A DNA stretch of 63,190 nt, the filler included, from Octopus bimaculoides (taxonomy: Eukaryota), in the NCBI RefSeq assembly GCF_001194135.2. It is 5 parts of 4 records of this genome, joined end to end, with 100 filler letters (N's around TTAATTAATTAA, not from the genome) between each part and the next. Parts side by side here need not be neighbours in the genome. Positions count along the whole stretch, not along the records: positions 1 to 6,912 come from NC_068982.1; positions 7,013 to 19,967 come from NC_068983.1; 3 more parts are not named here. The stretch is one strand, 5' to 3'. Below, one piece after another: positions 1-11,860 of this stretch (the first letter of the stretch is position 1; each line of letters starts with the position of its first letter). The position numbers were made by a program, and so were the translations under genes. Under the pieces are notes generated by a model that made no database searches, was not told the DNA's origin, and worked only from the letters and a program-made list of their open reading frames with translations.

Positions 1-4
1 GCTA

Positions 5-48
<44 letters not shown>

Positions 49-195
49 GCAAAACGACGTCCTCACGGTACTTTTTAATTGTTTGTCCTTGGCTGATTAT
101 ATATATGTATGTATGTATATATATATAGATACATGTATTATGTATGTATGTGTATGCATGTGTGTGTATATATATACACATACATACATACGTAC

Positions 196-226
<31 letters not shown>

Positions 227-1003
227 CATACATAAATGCATATATATGAAGTAATATTAATATCAAAAGGTAATATCTATCCCTACATAAAAGTGGTTGT
301 TCTATTAGAACACAGAATACTGTGCTCACCATTGACAAGGCCAGGAAAGGCCGAAATCACGTGATGTGGTGGTCTCGGTGCTGGTGGTGGCCTTTGATTT
401 ATTTCCCCACTAGCAATATAAACAAGAGTGCGTTTACGCACAGAAAGTCAATGAGAACGTTGTCTCACAGTAAATATATACACGGCTTCGATAGTGATTT
501 TTTTTATGGTGCATATTCATCAAAAATAACATTTGTAGAAGGTCAACTGAGTGTTTTGGGGTGGGGCGCCCTGATTTTATTCAGTTTCTGCCTAAGAGTT
601 TTTCAGAAAAGACGAAATTTTTAATAAAACTTGTACTGTTGGGAAAACACTGGCCAAGTTTAGTCAATTAATACATGTAGGCTACTGATCTTCAGCTCGG
701 TTTTTAATTGTTGTGACCACTCTTACCGCTTCTGCTTTTGTAAGTAAAGAGCCATGCATATAATTATTTCTGAATTTCGCTAAAGCACTTAATTTTGTGT
801 GAATATTTGATGCAGATTTTCCGGAATGTTCACAATGCCGCGTCTGTACTAAATTTATAAAAAACAAACAAACAAACAAACAAACATAGACGAACAAAAA
901 GAGACGTTTGGCAACATGTTTGTTTCCCAACCCCTTGATTTTGGGTCAGCCTCAGACCGGTCAAAGCCTTGTGGGTGGAATTGGTAGACGGAAGCTGAAA
1001 GAA

Positions 1004-1053
<50 letters not shown>

Positions 1054-1924
1054 CACACACACATATATAGGCGTGTGTGTATGTGTGTGCATACATGTGT
1101 GTGTGTGTAGGTGTCTTGGTGTTTGTTTCGTACCACCACTTGAAAACATGTGTTGCTTTGTTTAGGTTGCCGTAACTTAGCAGTTCGGCAAAAGTGACAG
1201 ATAGAATAAGTGGCAGGCTTATAAAAAAAAAAAGAAAAGAACTAATTACTGGGGTCGATTTGTTTGACTAAGCCCTGTAAGGCGGTGCTCCCGCATGGCA
1301 TTAGTTCAGTGACTGAAACAAGTAAAAGATAAGAGATAAAGATAAATAACAACCCTACCAAACTAACAAATGGCTACGAATCAATATGCGAAAACATTTA
1401 GCTCCTTTGCTTTAAAACACACTTCATTGTAAAGTGCTATTTCGAAAAAATTTCAACAGTCAGAATATAAACAACTGTGAACAAATGATATGAATTGTAG
1501 CTGGTAAGGCCGAAAGTTAATAAGAGTTAAAGTTGAAGATTTAAGCTGGCTTGCGAGCTTGTTAATTAAATCGTTTGAAACAATGAATTAGTTTGGCGAT
1601 GATTTACTTGGTTAGCAATGACATGAGACATAATAGCGAACTAATAATATTTTTTAAAGTTGATTTTATATTTTAGAGTAGTGTAGTTTAGATGGATTAT
1701 TTTGAGATCTTTTCTCTTATACTTGTTTCAGTCACTGGACTGCATCCATGCTGGGGGGCTCCGACTTGATGAGTTTTAGTCGAAGAGGTCAATCCCAAGA
1801 TTTAATCTTTAACTCAAGTACTTATTCTATCGGTTGTCTCTTGCTGAACCACTAAGTTACAGGGACATAAACAAATCAAAACTGGTCGTTAAGCGGGTGG
1901 TGTTGGGGACAATGACAGACGCAC

Positions 1925-2130
<206 letters not shown>

Positions 2131-2795
2131 ACATGCTTTCACCCCCATCACATATGTATGCGACGGTTTCCACATTGTTTCCGTTTACTAAATTTCTCCG
2201 CAACACATTGGTCTACAAGAGGTTATAGTACAGTGGAACTGAATCGGAATGCATTTGGTCAGAAAGTGAGTTTCTTAAGAGAACAAAATTGTTTAATAAA
2301 AACATTATTACACAACTTGGAAATAAAAGAGTAAAAACAGAAGTATAACAAAAACTTTAGTCTACACATTTACTTTATTTTTCAATCTTTCAATGCTTAA
2401 AAGGATTTTGATTGAGAGAAATTATTTTGAATAAAGGTGTTTTCAAATCTCATTTAATCTCTTTGAGTTTCAGTTTTGATAGTAAATCATTTCAGGCTAA
2501 GTTGATCGCCGATGACCTGGTTTGGCAATAAGTTCGGTTGGCACGGAATTGGAGGCGATTAAAAAGCGACGATGGATTCATAAAAAAAGAAGAAGGAAAA
2601 AACGATAGATTCACGTTTTCAACGTTTGTTTGCTTATCAGGGAGAATACAGTATACAAAGTAAGTACAAACATATTAAATTGGTTCCCAGCGGTGGAAGA
2701 ACGAAAAATGAGACAAGGAAAACAACTCGTAAGATAGATCTGTTGCTCGTCTCCAGAGCTTAATTCGAGTTCGCCCCATCGTTCTAGATAATATT

Positions 2796-3016
2796 GGTTT
2801 CAAGTTTTGGCACAAGGCCAGCAATTTTGGGAGGAGGAATAAGTCGATTACATCGACTCGACCCTAGTACTCAACTGATACTTATTTTATCGATTCCGAA
2901 AAGATGAAAGGTAAAGTCGATCTTGGCGGAATTTGAACTTAGCACGTAAAGCGGGATGATATGTTGCTTAGCATTTTGTCCGGCGGGCGTTAATGATTCT
3001 GCCAAATCGCCACCTT
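2796..3016 (-). mobile_element. SINE family B with 18-bp TSD
   Basis: TSD ATCGTTCTAGATAATATT at 2778-2795 and 3017-3034. Other family B copies: 6295-6430(+), 15596-15750(-), 16520-16715(-), 46195-46520(-), 48640-48855(+), 58290-58430(-), 58510-58715(-). Confidence 0.9.
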
Positions 3017-3468
3017 ATCGTTCTAGATAATATTACAAATTTATTATTTCTTTCTACCACTTATTGAATAAAGGGTTTTTTTCTTCTTTTATCAGAAACG
3101 ATCATGCACCTTAAGACGTTTTATTGTACGCAAGTCAATTTAATTGGTCGTAATATGTTTTTTTTCTGCATATATAACCGACACTAATTAAAAAATTCGA
3201 TAGTGATATCCCGTACGTGTAAGAGAACAGCAGGTTAGCCTAATAAAAAAGAACGCAAATTCAAAGAAACGTGTTTACGAAGTGATTGATTAACTGTGTC
3301 CTAGTAAATGTATAAATACAGGCTTTCGTTTTGTTGGCGTTTTAATGACACAAAACTCAATTTGTCGTAACGTATAATCAAGATATACAATTACTGAAGC
3401 CAGTAAAAATGAATCAGTGAAACAACTGTCAGTAAACATTTTAATATATGTATTAGTTGACCATCCGT

Positions 3469-3531
<63 letters not shown>

Positions 3532-3604
3532 ACGCACGTGTATATATATATATTAATATATATATGCGCGCGTGTGTGTGTGTATGCGTATACACATATC
3601 ATAA

Positions 3605-3902
3605 AAGTGCATGGTTTAGTGGTTAGGGTATTTAGCTCACGATTGTGAGTTCAATTTCTGGTAGCGCGTTGTGCCTGAGATACTTTATGTCACGTTCCTC
3701 CAGTCTTGGAAAATGAGTTGTTCCCGTAGTTCAAAGGGCCAACCTTGTCACATTCTGTATCACGCTGAATCTCACTGAAAACTACGTTAAGAGCATGCGT
3801 GTCTGAAGAGTGCTCAGCCATTTGCACATTCATTTCAGGAGGTGGCTGTTTCGATGATCAGATCAACTGGAACGCACGTCGTATTAACCGATGGAGTACC
3901 AG
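3605..3902 (+). mobile_element. SINE family C (short head + core + same tail); tail fragments at 4010-4215 and 4455-4642
   Basis: TGGTTTAGTGG..GAGTTCAATT head; tail TCAAAGGGCCAACCTTGTCACA..GATCAACTGGAAC. Confidence 0.8.
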
Positions 3903-3975
3903 TTTTATACGCACATGATATATATGAGCAGGTATGTATGCATGTATGTATATGTAGGTAGGTGTGTATGTGTGC

Positions 3976-4006
<31 letters not shown>

Positions 4007-4257
4007 CACACATTCAGCCGGCAAAAATGAGTAGTACTTGTATTTCAAAGGGCCAGCCTTGTCACAATCTGTGTCACGCTGAATCCCCCTGACAACTACC
4101 TTAAGGATATACATGTCTTGGAGTGCTCAGTTACATGCACGATAATTTCACGAGTAGGGTGTTTCGTTGATCGGATCAACTGGAAACTTCATCGTCGTAA
4201 CCAACGGAGTGCCGGGAGAAAAAAAAAAAACATACATGCATGCATACATATATATAT

Positions 4258-4420
4258 AGGTTCAGGAGTGGCTGTGTGGTAAGTAGCTTGCTTACCAACG
4301 ACATGGTTCCGGGTTCAGTCCCACTGCGTGGCACCTTGGGCAATTTTCTTTTACTATAGCCTTGGTCTGACCAAAGCCTTGTGAGTGGATTTGGTAGACG
4401 GAAACTGAGAGAAGCCCGTC
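4258..4420 (+). mobile_element. tRNA-derived SINE family A (head + CORE-like domain)
   Basis: A-box TGGCTGTGTGG, B-box GGTTCAGTCCC, CACCTTGGGCAA, GTAGACGGAAACTGA. Other copies or fragments: 930-1340(+), 1710-1925(-), 22860-22995(-), 23095-23340(+), 24118-24207(+), 25390-25525(+), 29720-29872(-), 33405-33580(+). Confidence 0.9.
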
Positions 4421-4806
4421 ATATATATATATATATTTATATATATATACACACATTCAGCCGGCAAAAATGAGTAGTACTTGTATTTCAAAGGGCCAGC
4501 CTTGTCACAATCTGTGTCACGCTGAATCCCCCTGACAACTACCTTAAGGATATACATGTCTTGGAGTGCTCAGTTACATGCACGATAATTTCACGAGTAG
4601 GGTGTTTCGTTGATCGGATCAACTGGAAACTTCATCGTCGTANNNNNNNNNNNNNNNNNNNNNNNNNNNNNNNNNNNNNNNNNNNNNNNNNNNNNNNNNN
4701 NNNNNNNNNNNNNNNNNNNNNNNNNNNNNNNNNNNNNNNNNNNNNNNNNNNNNNNNNNNNNNNNNNNNNNNNNNNNNNNNNNNNNNNNGTAGGTGTGTAT
4801 GTGTGC

Positions 4807-4837
<31 letters not shown>

Positions 4838-5885
4838 ATATGTAAAGCAAAAATCCGGGGATCAAGGTATAGGAAGCTAGTAAGATTCAAGCAGTCCGTA
4901 GAAGGTATAAAATACAACTTTCAGGAACAATAAAAGTTTATTGATGTAGAAGGTTGTAAAGCTGAAAAAAGTTATTTTACAGTTCACAGTTACCAGCTGG
5001 GGTTGCTGAGTGTGAGAACAAAAGTCCATTTTCGATCAAATCTCCTGCGAATTAACATGGGATTACTCGAGGACAACGTAGCCTTCATTTGACTAAGCTA
5101 TCTGTGGTCTGATGAGTAGCTAGCGGAGCACCCCTCGTTTGAGTAATTACTATTTCCGAGGTTTTGTAGCCTGGATTTTATCCACTGCATTCCCTAAATT
5201 TGTATGTATGTATGTATGTATGTATGTATGTATGTATGTATGTATGTATGTATGTATGTATGTATGTATGTATATATATATATATANNNNNNNNNNNNNN
5301 NNNNNNNNNNNNNNNNNNNNNNNNNNNNNNNNNNNNNNNNNNNNNNNNNNNNNNNNNNNNNNNNNNNNNNNNNNNNNNNNNNNNNNNNNNNNNNNNNNNN
5401 NNNNNNNNNNNNNNNNNNNNNNNNNNNNNNNNNNNNNNNNNNNNNNNNNNNNNNNNNNNNNNNNNNNNNNNNNNNNNNNNNNNNNNNNNNNNNNNNNNNN
5501 NNNNNNNNNNNNNNNNNNNNNNNNNNNNNNNNNNNNNNNNNNNNNNNNNNNNNNNNNNNNNNNNNNNNNNNNNNNNNNNNNNNNNNNNNNNNNNNNNNNN
5601 NNNNNNNNNNNNNNNNNNNNNNNNNNNNNNNNNNNNNNNNNNNNNNNNNNNNNNNNNNNNNNNNNNNNNNNNNNNNNNNNNNNNNNNNNNNNNNNNNNNN
5701 NNNNNNNNNNNNNNNNNNNNNNNNNNNNNNNNNNNNNNNNNNNNNNNNNNNNNNNNNNNNNNNNNNNNNNNNNNNNNNNNNNNNNNNNNNNNNNNNNNNN
5801 NNNNNNNNNNNNNNNNNNNNNNNNNNNNNNNNNNNNNNNNNNNNNNNNNNNNNNNNNNNNNNNNNNNNNNNNNNNNNNNNNNNNN

Positions 5886-5926
<41 letters not shown>

Positions 5927-6840
5927 TTCACATACACAGGTGCTTGTAAATGCATTCATATGCACGCACCCATACATACATGAGCATAGCTGACGTAACA
6001 AATTTTATGAAGGCTTGTAAGATATTGCAGTTCCAATCACTCAATAAACAGCTGTCACATTGTTAACATGAAAATTATTTATATGTAGGAAGGAAGCTAA
6101 ACAATATTGTATTTTCAGGCCGCGACAAAGTCAAGACGAGCGAAAACCTATTCTGGAACAATCTACAGGCAAGTTAGTATTACTTCCCCGTGACGAAGTG
6201 AAAAATTCAAAACTGTTTAGGTGAGTAATTTCTGTTCATCTTTCATTTTAAAAATTAGGAATAATTTGCTTCGTAATATTTATCACTATTAAGGAGCGGG
6301 GAGCTGGTAGAATCGTTAGCATGTCGGACAAAATGTTTAGCGGTATGTAGTCCGTCTTTAAGTTTCAAGTTCAAATTCCGACGAGGTCGTCTTTGATTAT
6401 CATCCTTTCGGGATGTTATAAATATGACAGCGAGTTGACAGCGCACGTGGAGATATATTTAGTAGTATTTCTTGCGGCTCTTAACGTTCTGTGTTCAAAA
6501 ACCGCCGAGGTCTACTCTGTTTTTCATCCTTTCTGGGGCTGATAAAATATGTACCAATTATGCACTCATTTGGCCTATGTGGTTATACGTTTTATAATGT
6601 CTCCCATTTCTCAGTCGTTAGACTGCAACAAAGGTGGGGCACCACTTTGATAGGTATGATTGAAAAAATTGATTCCTAAGACTTATTTTTGAAAGCTAGT
6701 GCTTTTTGTATCTTAATCTTTTGCTGAATAGCTAAGTTACGGTGATGTAAATAAATCAATACCTGTTATCAAACATTAGGGTGGGGGATACAAACATAAG
6801 GACACACACACACACACAGAGACAGACAGACAGACAGACA

Positions 6841-6912
<72 letters not shown>

Positions 6913-7012
6913 NNNNNNNNNNNNNNNNNNNNNNNNNNNNNNNNNNNNNNNNNNNNTTAATTAATTAANNNNNNNNNNNNNNNNNNNNNNNNNNNNNNNN
7001 NNNNNNNNNNNN
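6913..7012. other. Assembly spacer N44-TTAATTAATTAA-N44
   Basis: Exactly 100 bp with a six-frame-stop linker at 6957-6968. Confidence 0.95.
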
Positions 7013-7020
7013 TATACCAG

Positions 7021-7051
<31 letters not shown>

Positions 7052-8099
7052 TTTGATAGTTTTTGATATCTTGTCATCTGAAGCAGCTGGAGATACGATA
7101 GTTTTACCAAAAGAACCGGCTATTGTAAGTAAAAATATATATTGAAACATACAAAGCAAGGCAAACAGGCTAAGACAATCACTCACCATACATTCAAGTA
7201 TTTGGATTCTTGTGGACCGGTTTCTGGACTGGCATAATAGCCTAAACCTCCTCAGCACACATTACCATGATGTTCATTTCTATAGTGATTATCAGTGTAT
7301 TTTGGCAATTTAAATAAGAATTTTGACTGTTATTTCCAGCATTTAAACATACTTAATATGTCCTTTGATTAATTTCAATCCTTCAGCTATTTAATGCTTT
7401 TTGGTGGGGCCTATATTATGGATTCTGTTATTATCATTTTTTAATTGTTACACTAGATAATAACAGAGTCAATGATATCTTCGCAATCTTTTCTTTTTTT
7501 TTTTCGTGAATTATTTTTCTCGTAAATTATTTGCTCCGTATTGAAATTATTTTCACACTGGTAGCTGCTATGATTTCGGCGCAAAACGAATCAGTTGCAG
7601 CACAGACTTCAACACGACGGGTGGGGACTCTTTATCATGGTAATGCGTGGTGAGGAATGTGAGGCTATTATGCCAGTCCAGAAACTGGTCCACGTGAGTC
7701 CAAATACTTAAATGTATGTTGAGAGATTCTCTTAGTCCATTTGCCTTCGGACAGTTGATTTCTGTAGTTATTATCAGTGTATTTTGGCGATTTAAATAAG
7801 AGTTTTGACTGTTATTTCCAGCTGGTAGACATACTTAGTATGTCTTTTGATTAATTTTAATCCTTCATCTATTTAATGTTTTTTGCAGGGCCTGCAATCG
7901 CCTATATTATTGATTCTGTTATTATCATTTTTAAATTGTTACACTAGATAATAACAGAATCAATGATATCTTCGCAAATTATTTTTTCGTAAAACGCATA
8001 CATTAATATTGGACTCTCATTAGATGGAATACTCTTGATGACCTTTTTATGCAAATCAGTTTACTGTGTGCGTGTGTGTGTATTCTGTCAGTAAGTGAG

Positions 8100-9220
8100 C
8101 CTGTTGAACAACGGATTCCCGATATACATAGGAGATATCATCAACCTTTTAATTATAACTTTACAATAAATTCAGTAAGAAATAAGCAGGTTAGGAATAA
8201 CCCCACTAGAAAACGGGAATTAATTTGGTTCACCCAACCTTTTTCCCTTCAAGTTAAGAATTTCCCTGAATTATTCTTTAAGATCATTTAAAAATACTTT
8301 CATCCGGATCATAAATATCACTCTATCTTTAACAAATCTAGTTTAAAATTATCATATTCAATATCACCTAATTTAGGCTCCATCATTGGTGCTAATAATA
8401 GATTTAAACTTAAAAAGAAAATTCGGGAAAGAGAATCCACGGAACGTAATCATGAGAGTAGTAATCTGAATTCCATAAAAAAAACTTGTAATTGCCGATC
8501 CCCAGAATTTTGTCCATTAAAAGGGTCCTGTCTAAAAAAAAAAACGTAGTTTACAGGTGCGAAGTAAGTATCTCAAAAGAACCCAAGAAAATCTACATAG
8601 GCAGTACAATAGACTTTAAAACTAGATATAGCGGGCATAAAAATCCATTTGCAAACCCGAGTACGAAAAATTCGACAGCACTAGCCAGACACTTAGATAA
8701 TTTAAAAGCGCAAAATAAACAATTTAAACTAGATTGGTCAATAATTACTCAAACTACTCCATATGACATACACACTAGAACGTGTAGATTATGTACTAAA
8801 GAATCCATTAATATACTTTCGTATGAGTAGAAAAATATTATTAAATAATATTTCGGATGCTTTAATATTTTGTAAACATAGGTATTTTTCAACTTTAAAA
8901 TTTTTTCTCATTAAAATATAGCCAACCCATGTTAATGATTGAAACTTAAATTCCAACCTTTCATCTCCAATATGTTTTAGAATAGCCATAAATATATCAT
9001 TTTTCTGTAAGATTTGTTGCATATTTAACCCTCAATTTAGAATTTATTTTAGTTATCTGAACAAATTTATATTGTAACATAGGATACCTGGTCCAAACCT
9101 TTTAAAATAATTTTTAAAAACTTTTCAAATAATCCCTGATGAAGAAAATGTATATATTCGAGATGGATACAAATAGTTCGCCCATTCTGAAATACCTTTC
9201 TCGAAACAGCCGTAGGATAT
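8100..9220 (+). mobile_element. Penelope-like retroelement relic (Naiad-like), RT thumb/linker + GIY-YIG endonuclease + 3' region
   Basis: RKRELIWFTQPF...YHSIFNKSSLKLSYSISPNL, then KTCNCRSPEFCPLKGSCL, then VVYRCEV..IYIGST.DFKTRYSGHK..STALARH..WSII..CRLC..E, then LLNNISDALIFCKH. One in-frame TAA (8289), a frameshift in the A-run at 8534-8544, and another near 8828. Confidence 0.92.
9132..9218 (+). ncRNA. Type I hammerhead ribozyme associated with the Penelope-like element
   Basis: Stem I ATCC/GGAT; core CTGATGA(A) 9136-9143; long stem II 9144-9166/9182-9202; GAAAC-AGCC-GTA with predicted cleavage after A9214. Confidence 0.78.
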
Positions 9221-10486
9221 GTATGAATTTGATCTCTGGGCTTAAGTATTCGCTTTTTTTAGCTACCCATACATCTTTTTAATATTTTGCAATGAGTTAA
9301 CCATGTACATTTAACCTTCAACCTTTTTGTTTTAGAACGGTTTTACAATTGCAGGCGATCTCATATGAATATTTTGGATTTATATATTTTTTGTAATTAT
9401 ATTATATATGTTTATATGATGAATTGTGTCTTTGAGCCGTATGCCATTATGGGCCTTGTCTGAGCTTTGTAGAATGTCAATAATTATTGGTGGATGAAAT
9501 ATTTTCTGACCTTAAGAAGAAGGGACAGTTGGAAATTGCTCTTAACTGTGTTAAGGATATGCTTCCACCAGAGAGATCCTTGGCGATAGTGAGGTGCAGC
9601 ATTTGGAGCAATTGTAAAAGCTCTAGTAGGATGAGGCTTATGATCGTGAGAAATGTTGTACGATGAATCTTTCATTGTATAAATTAACAATGTTTGTATT
9701 TTCCTGCTAATAAAAGAGACAAGACTAGCATGTCCCCATTAAAAGACGTTTTCAAGCTTTCTACTGAAGAAATCACGAGAGGTTTAACGAGTGGTGTCTA
9801 GGTTGAGGAATGTTAGGTATGAATAAAGTGTCATTCGCGTAAGAATAAAGAAGTGTCATTCGTGTCATTCGCGTAAGAGTCGACGTTATTGGACATAACG
9901 GCAAAGTACGTTGCAGTTACGTCACCTGTGCCGCTGAGGACATCTTCATGGTGACTGCGTGGGTGACTTCCTGGCAGGTCGGGATCCACCCTAATCAAAA
10001 CCATGTAGCGTGATTTTCTTCACTAGTCTTTTCTCAAAGAACAACATCGAAGAAAGAAATACTCGGAAACAGTAGTAAAGAGGTGTAGCGACAAAAGCAC
10101 TTTAAAATACCATTCGCTGAAAAGTAATGAAAATCAAAATATAAGATATTACAGTTGTATAAGGGGTTATAATTGACAATGATATGAAAGATCATTGGTG
10201 GAAAGTTTCCACCCAAACCTCTGTCCGATGCAGGCGCAACAAACCGATACAAAGTCACAGTGCCACCAAAAAGAAAGAGTAGGCAGCGGTAGAAATCATT
10301 TGTTCAGCAAACGTGAACTGTTAAATCAATGACGAATAAACTGGAAATCTACAAATAGTCCGGCCGGACTGCAAATTTCGATTTATGTCTGAGATTATTG
10401 GGACATTTGGTTATGTAAATAAATGTTCGAGCACCAGTGATGAAAAGCTGGGTTTCATATGACAAGAAAGGAAGGACATACCTAAT

Positions 10487-10705
10487 GGCAGAAACGTTAG
10501 CACGCCGGGCGAAATGCTTAACGGTATTTCGTCTGCCGCTACGTTCTGAGTTCAAATTCCGCCGAGGTCGACTTTGCCTTTCATCCTTTCGGGGTCGATT
10601 AAATGAGTACCAGTTACGCACTGGGGTCGACGTAATCGACTTAATTCGTTTGTTTGTCCTTGTTTGTCCCCTCTATGTGTAGCCCCTTGTGGGTAGTAAA
10701 GAAAT
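10487..10705 (+). mobile_element. tRNA-derived SINE family B, young copy with 23-bp TSD
   Basis: GGCAGAAACGTTAGC..GAGTTCAAATTCCGCCGAGGTCGACTTTGCCTTTCATCCTTTCGGGGTCGAT; TSD AAGAAAGGAAGGACATACCTAAT at 10464-10486 and 10706-10728. Confidence 0.93.
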
Positions 10706-10904
10706 AAGAAAGGAAGGACATACCTAATTAGGAAATTACAAAAAGAAGCCCTTAATAGAAATGCAAATAATTATATTAAAAATTCCAGTTTAAAATATAG
10801 TGTGTGCGTGTGTGTGTGTATGTATGTGTGTGTGTGTGTGTATGTATGTGTGTGTGTGTGTGTATGTATGTATGTGTGTNNNNNNNNNNGTGTGTGTGTA
10901 TGTA

Positions 10905-10947
<43 letters not shown>

Positions 10948-11124
10948 ATATATATACATATGTGTACAGATGTACGTGTACGCATGCATACATGTATACG
11001 TATGTATGAAAGTGTTATGTATGTGTATGTATATGCATGAATGCATGTGTACATATATACAAACACATACATACGTGTGTGTGTTTGTGTGTGTATATGT
11101 AAGTGTATATGTATGCATATATAT

Positions 11125-11522
11125 ATGCATACCCTTCTGTCCTTCAAATTGGATATCAATTGCTGAGGTTCCCACTTTACACTTTCTTTCCGATATCCAA
11201 TAAGTTCCACCATCCTCTGTAATGCTTTGTGACCACAATCCATTTGTACAGCATACTCAGGGGTTGTATCTCGTTTATCCACGCGAATCAATTCGTCCAC
11301 TTCACCTTCTGGCGATTCATGTCAGCGGAAGCAATTGATGACCTTCTACTGAATGGTTTGTCTTTAATGTTGATCTCCCTTTTTTAAACTTCTTCATGCA
11401 CCTACGCAATTTGCTTTTGCCTCTCCGTCATCAGCTTGTAGCCTTCTGAGGGTGTCGGATTACATACCCTGCTCCTTCACCAAGAACTCGATGACATCCT
11501 GTAGCTTCTGCTTCAAACCCAT
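11125..11522 (-). mobile_element. Mariner transposase N-terminal (HTH) relic
   Basis: MGLKQKLQDVIEFLVKE...VDELIRVDKR...LIGYRKESVKWEPQQLISNLKDRR matches the mariner N-terminus up to the WVP-like motif. Confidence 0.8.
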
Positions 11523-11623
11523 TATTTGCTTGCAACGAAGAAGAGCAGGAAGAAGAATTACTATAGAGGAAGTGTTACTCAACAAAACGTGCAATTTTGA
11601 ACGACTTTGTTAATAAAAAAAAG

Positions 11624-11860
11624 TTATAGCCACTTCTATATTATTTTCAGTACAACGTGCAATTTTATAGCCACTTCTATATTATTTTCAGTACAACGTG
11701 CAATTTTATAGCCACTTCTATATCATTTTCAGTACAACGTGCAATTTTATAGCCACTTCTATATTATTTTCAGTACAACGTGCAATTTTATAGCCACTTC
11801 TATATTATTTTCAGTACAACGTGCAATTTTATAGCCACTTCTATATCATTTTCAGTACAA
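11624..11860. repeat. 41-bp minisatellite, about 5.8 copies
   Basis: Unit TTATAGCCACTTCTATAT(T/C)ATTTTCAGTACAACGTGCAATT; period 41 read directly. Confidence 0.95.

Noticed and set aside
5110-5150. CTGATGAG as a third hammerhead core
   Set aside because: No downstream GAAA or stem II partner.
6957-6968. TTAATTAATTAA as a PacI or piggyBac-type site
   Set aside because: It is centred in identical 100-bp N spacers four times, so it is an assembly linker.
7119-7185. 67-nt GT-AG mini-intron on the minus strand within the inverted block
   Set aside because: The donor is not conserved in the paralogous copy and the spliced peptides are unrecognisable.
11624-11860. CRISPR-like array
   Set aside because: Units are head-to-tail with no unique spacers, there are no cas genes, and the context is eukaryotic.
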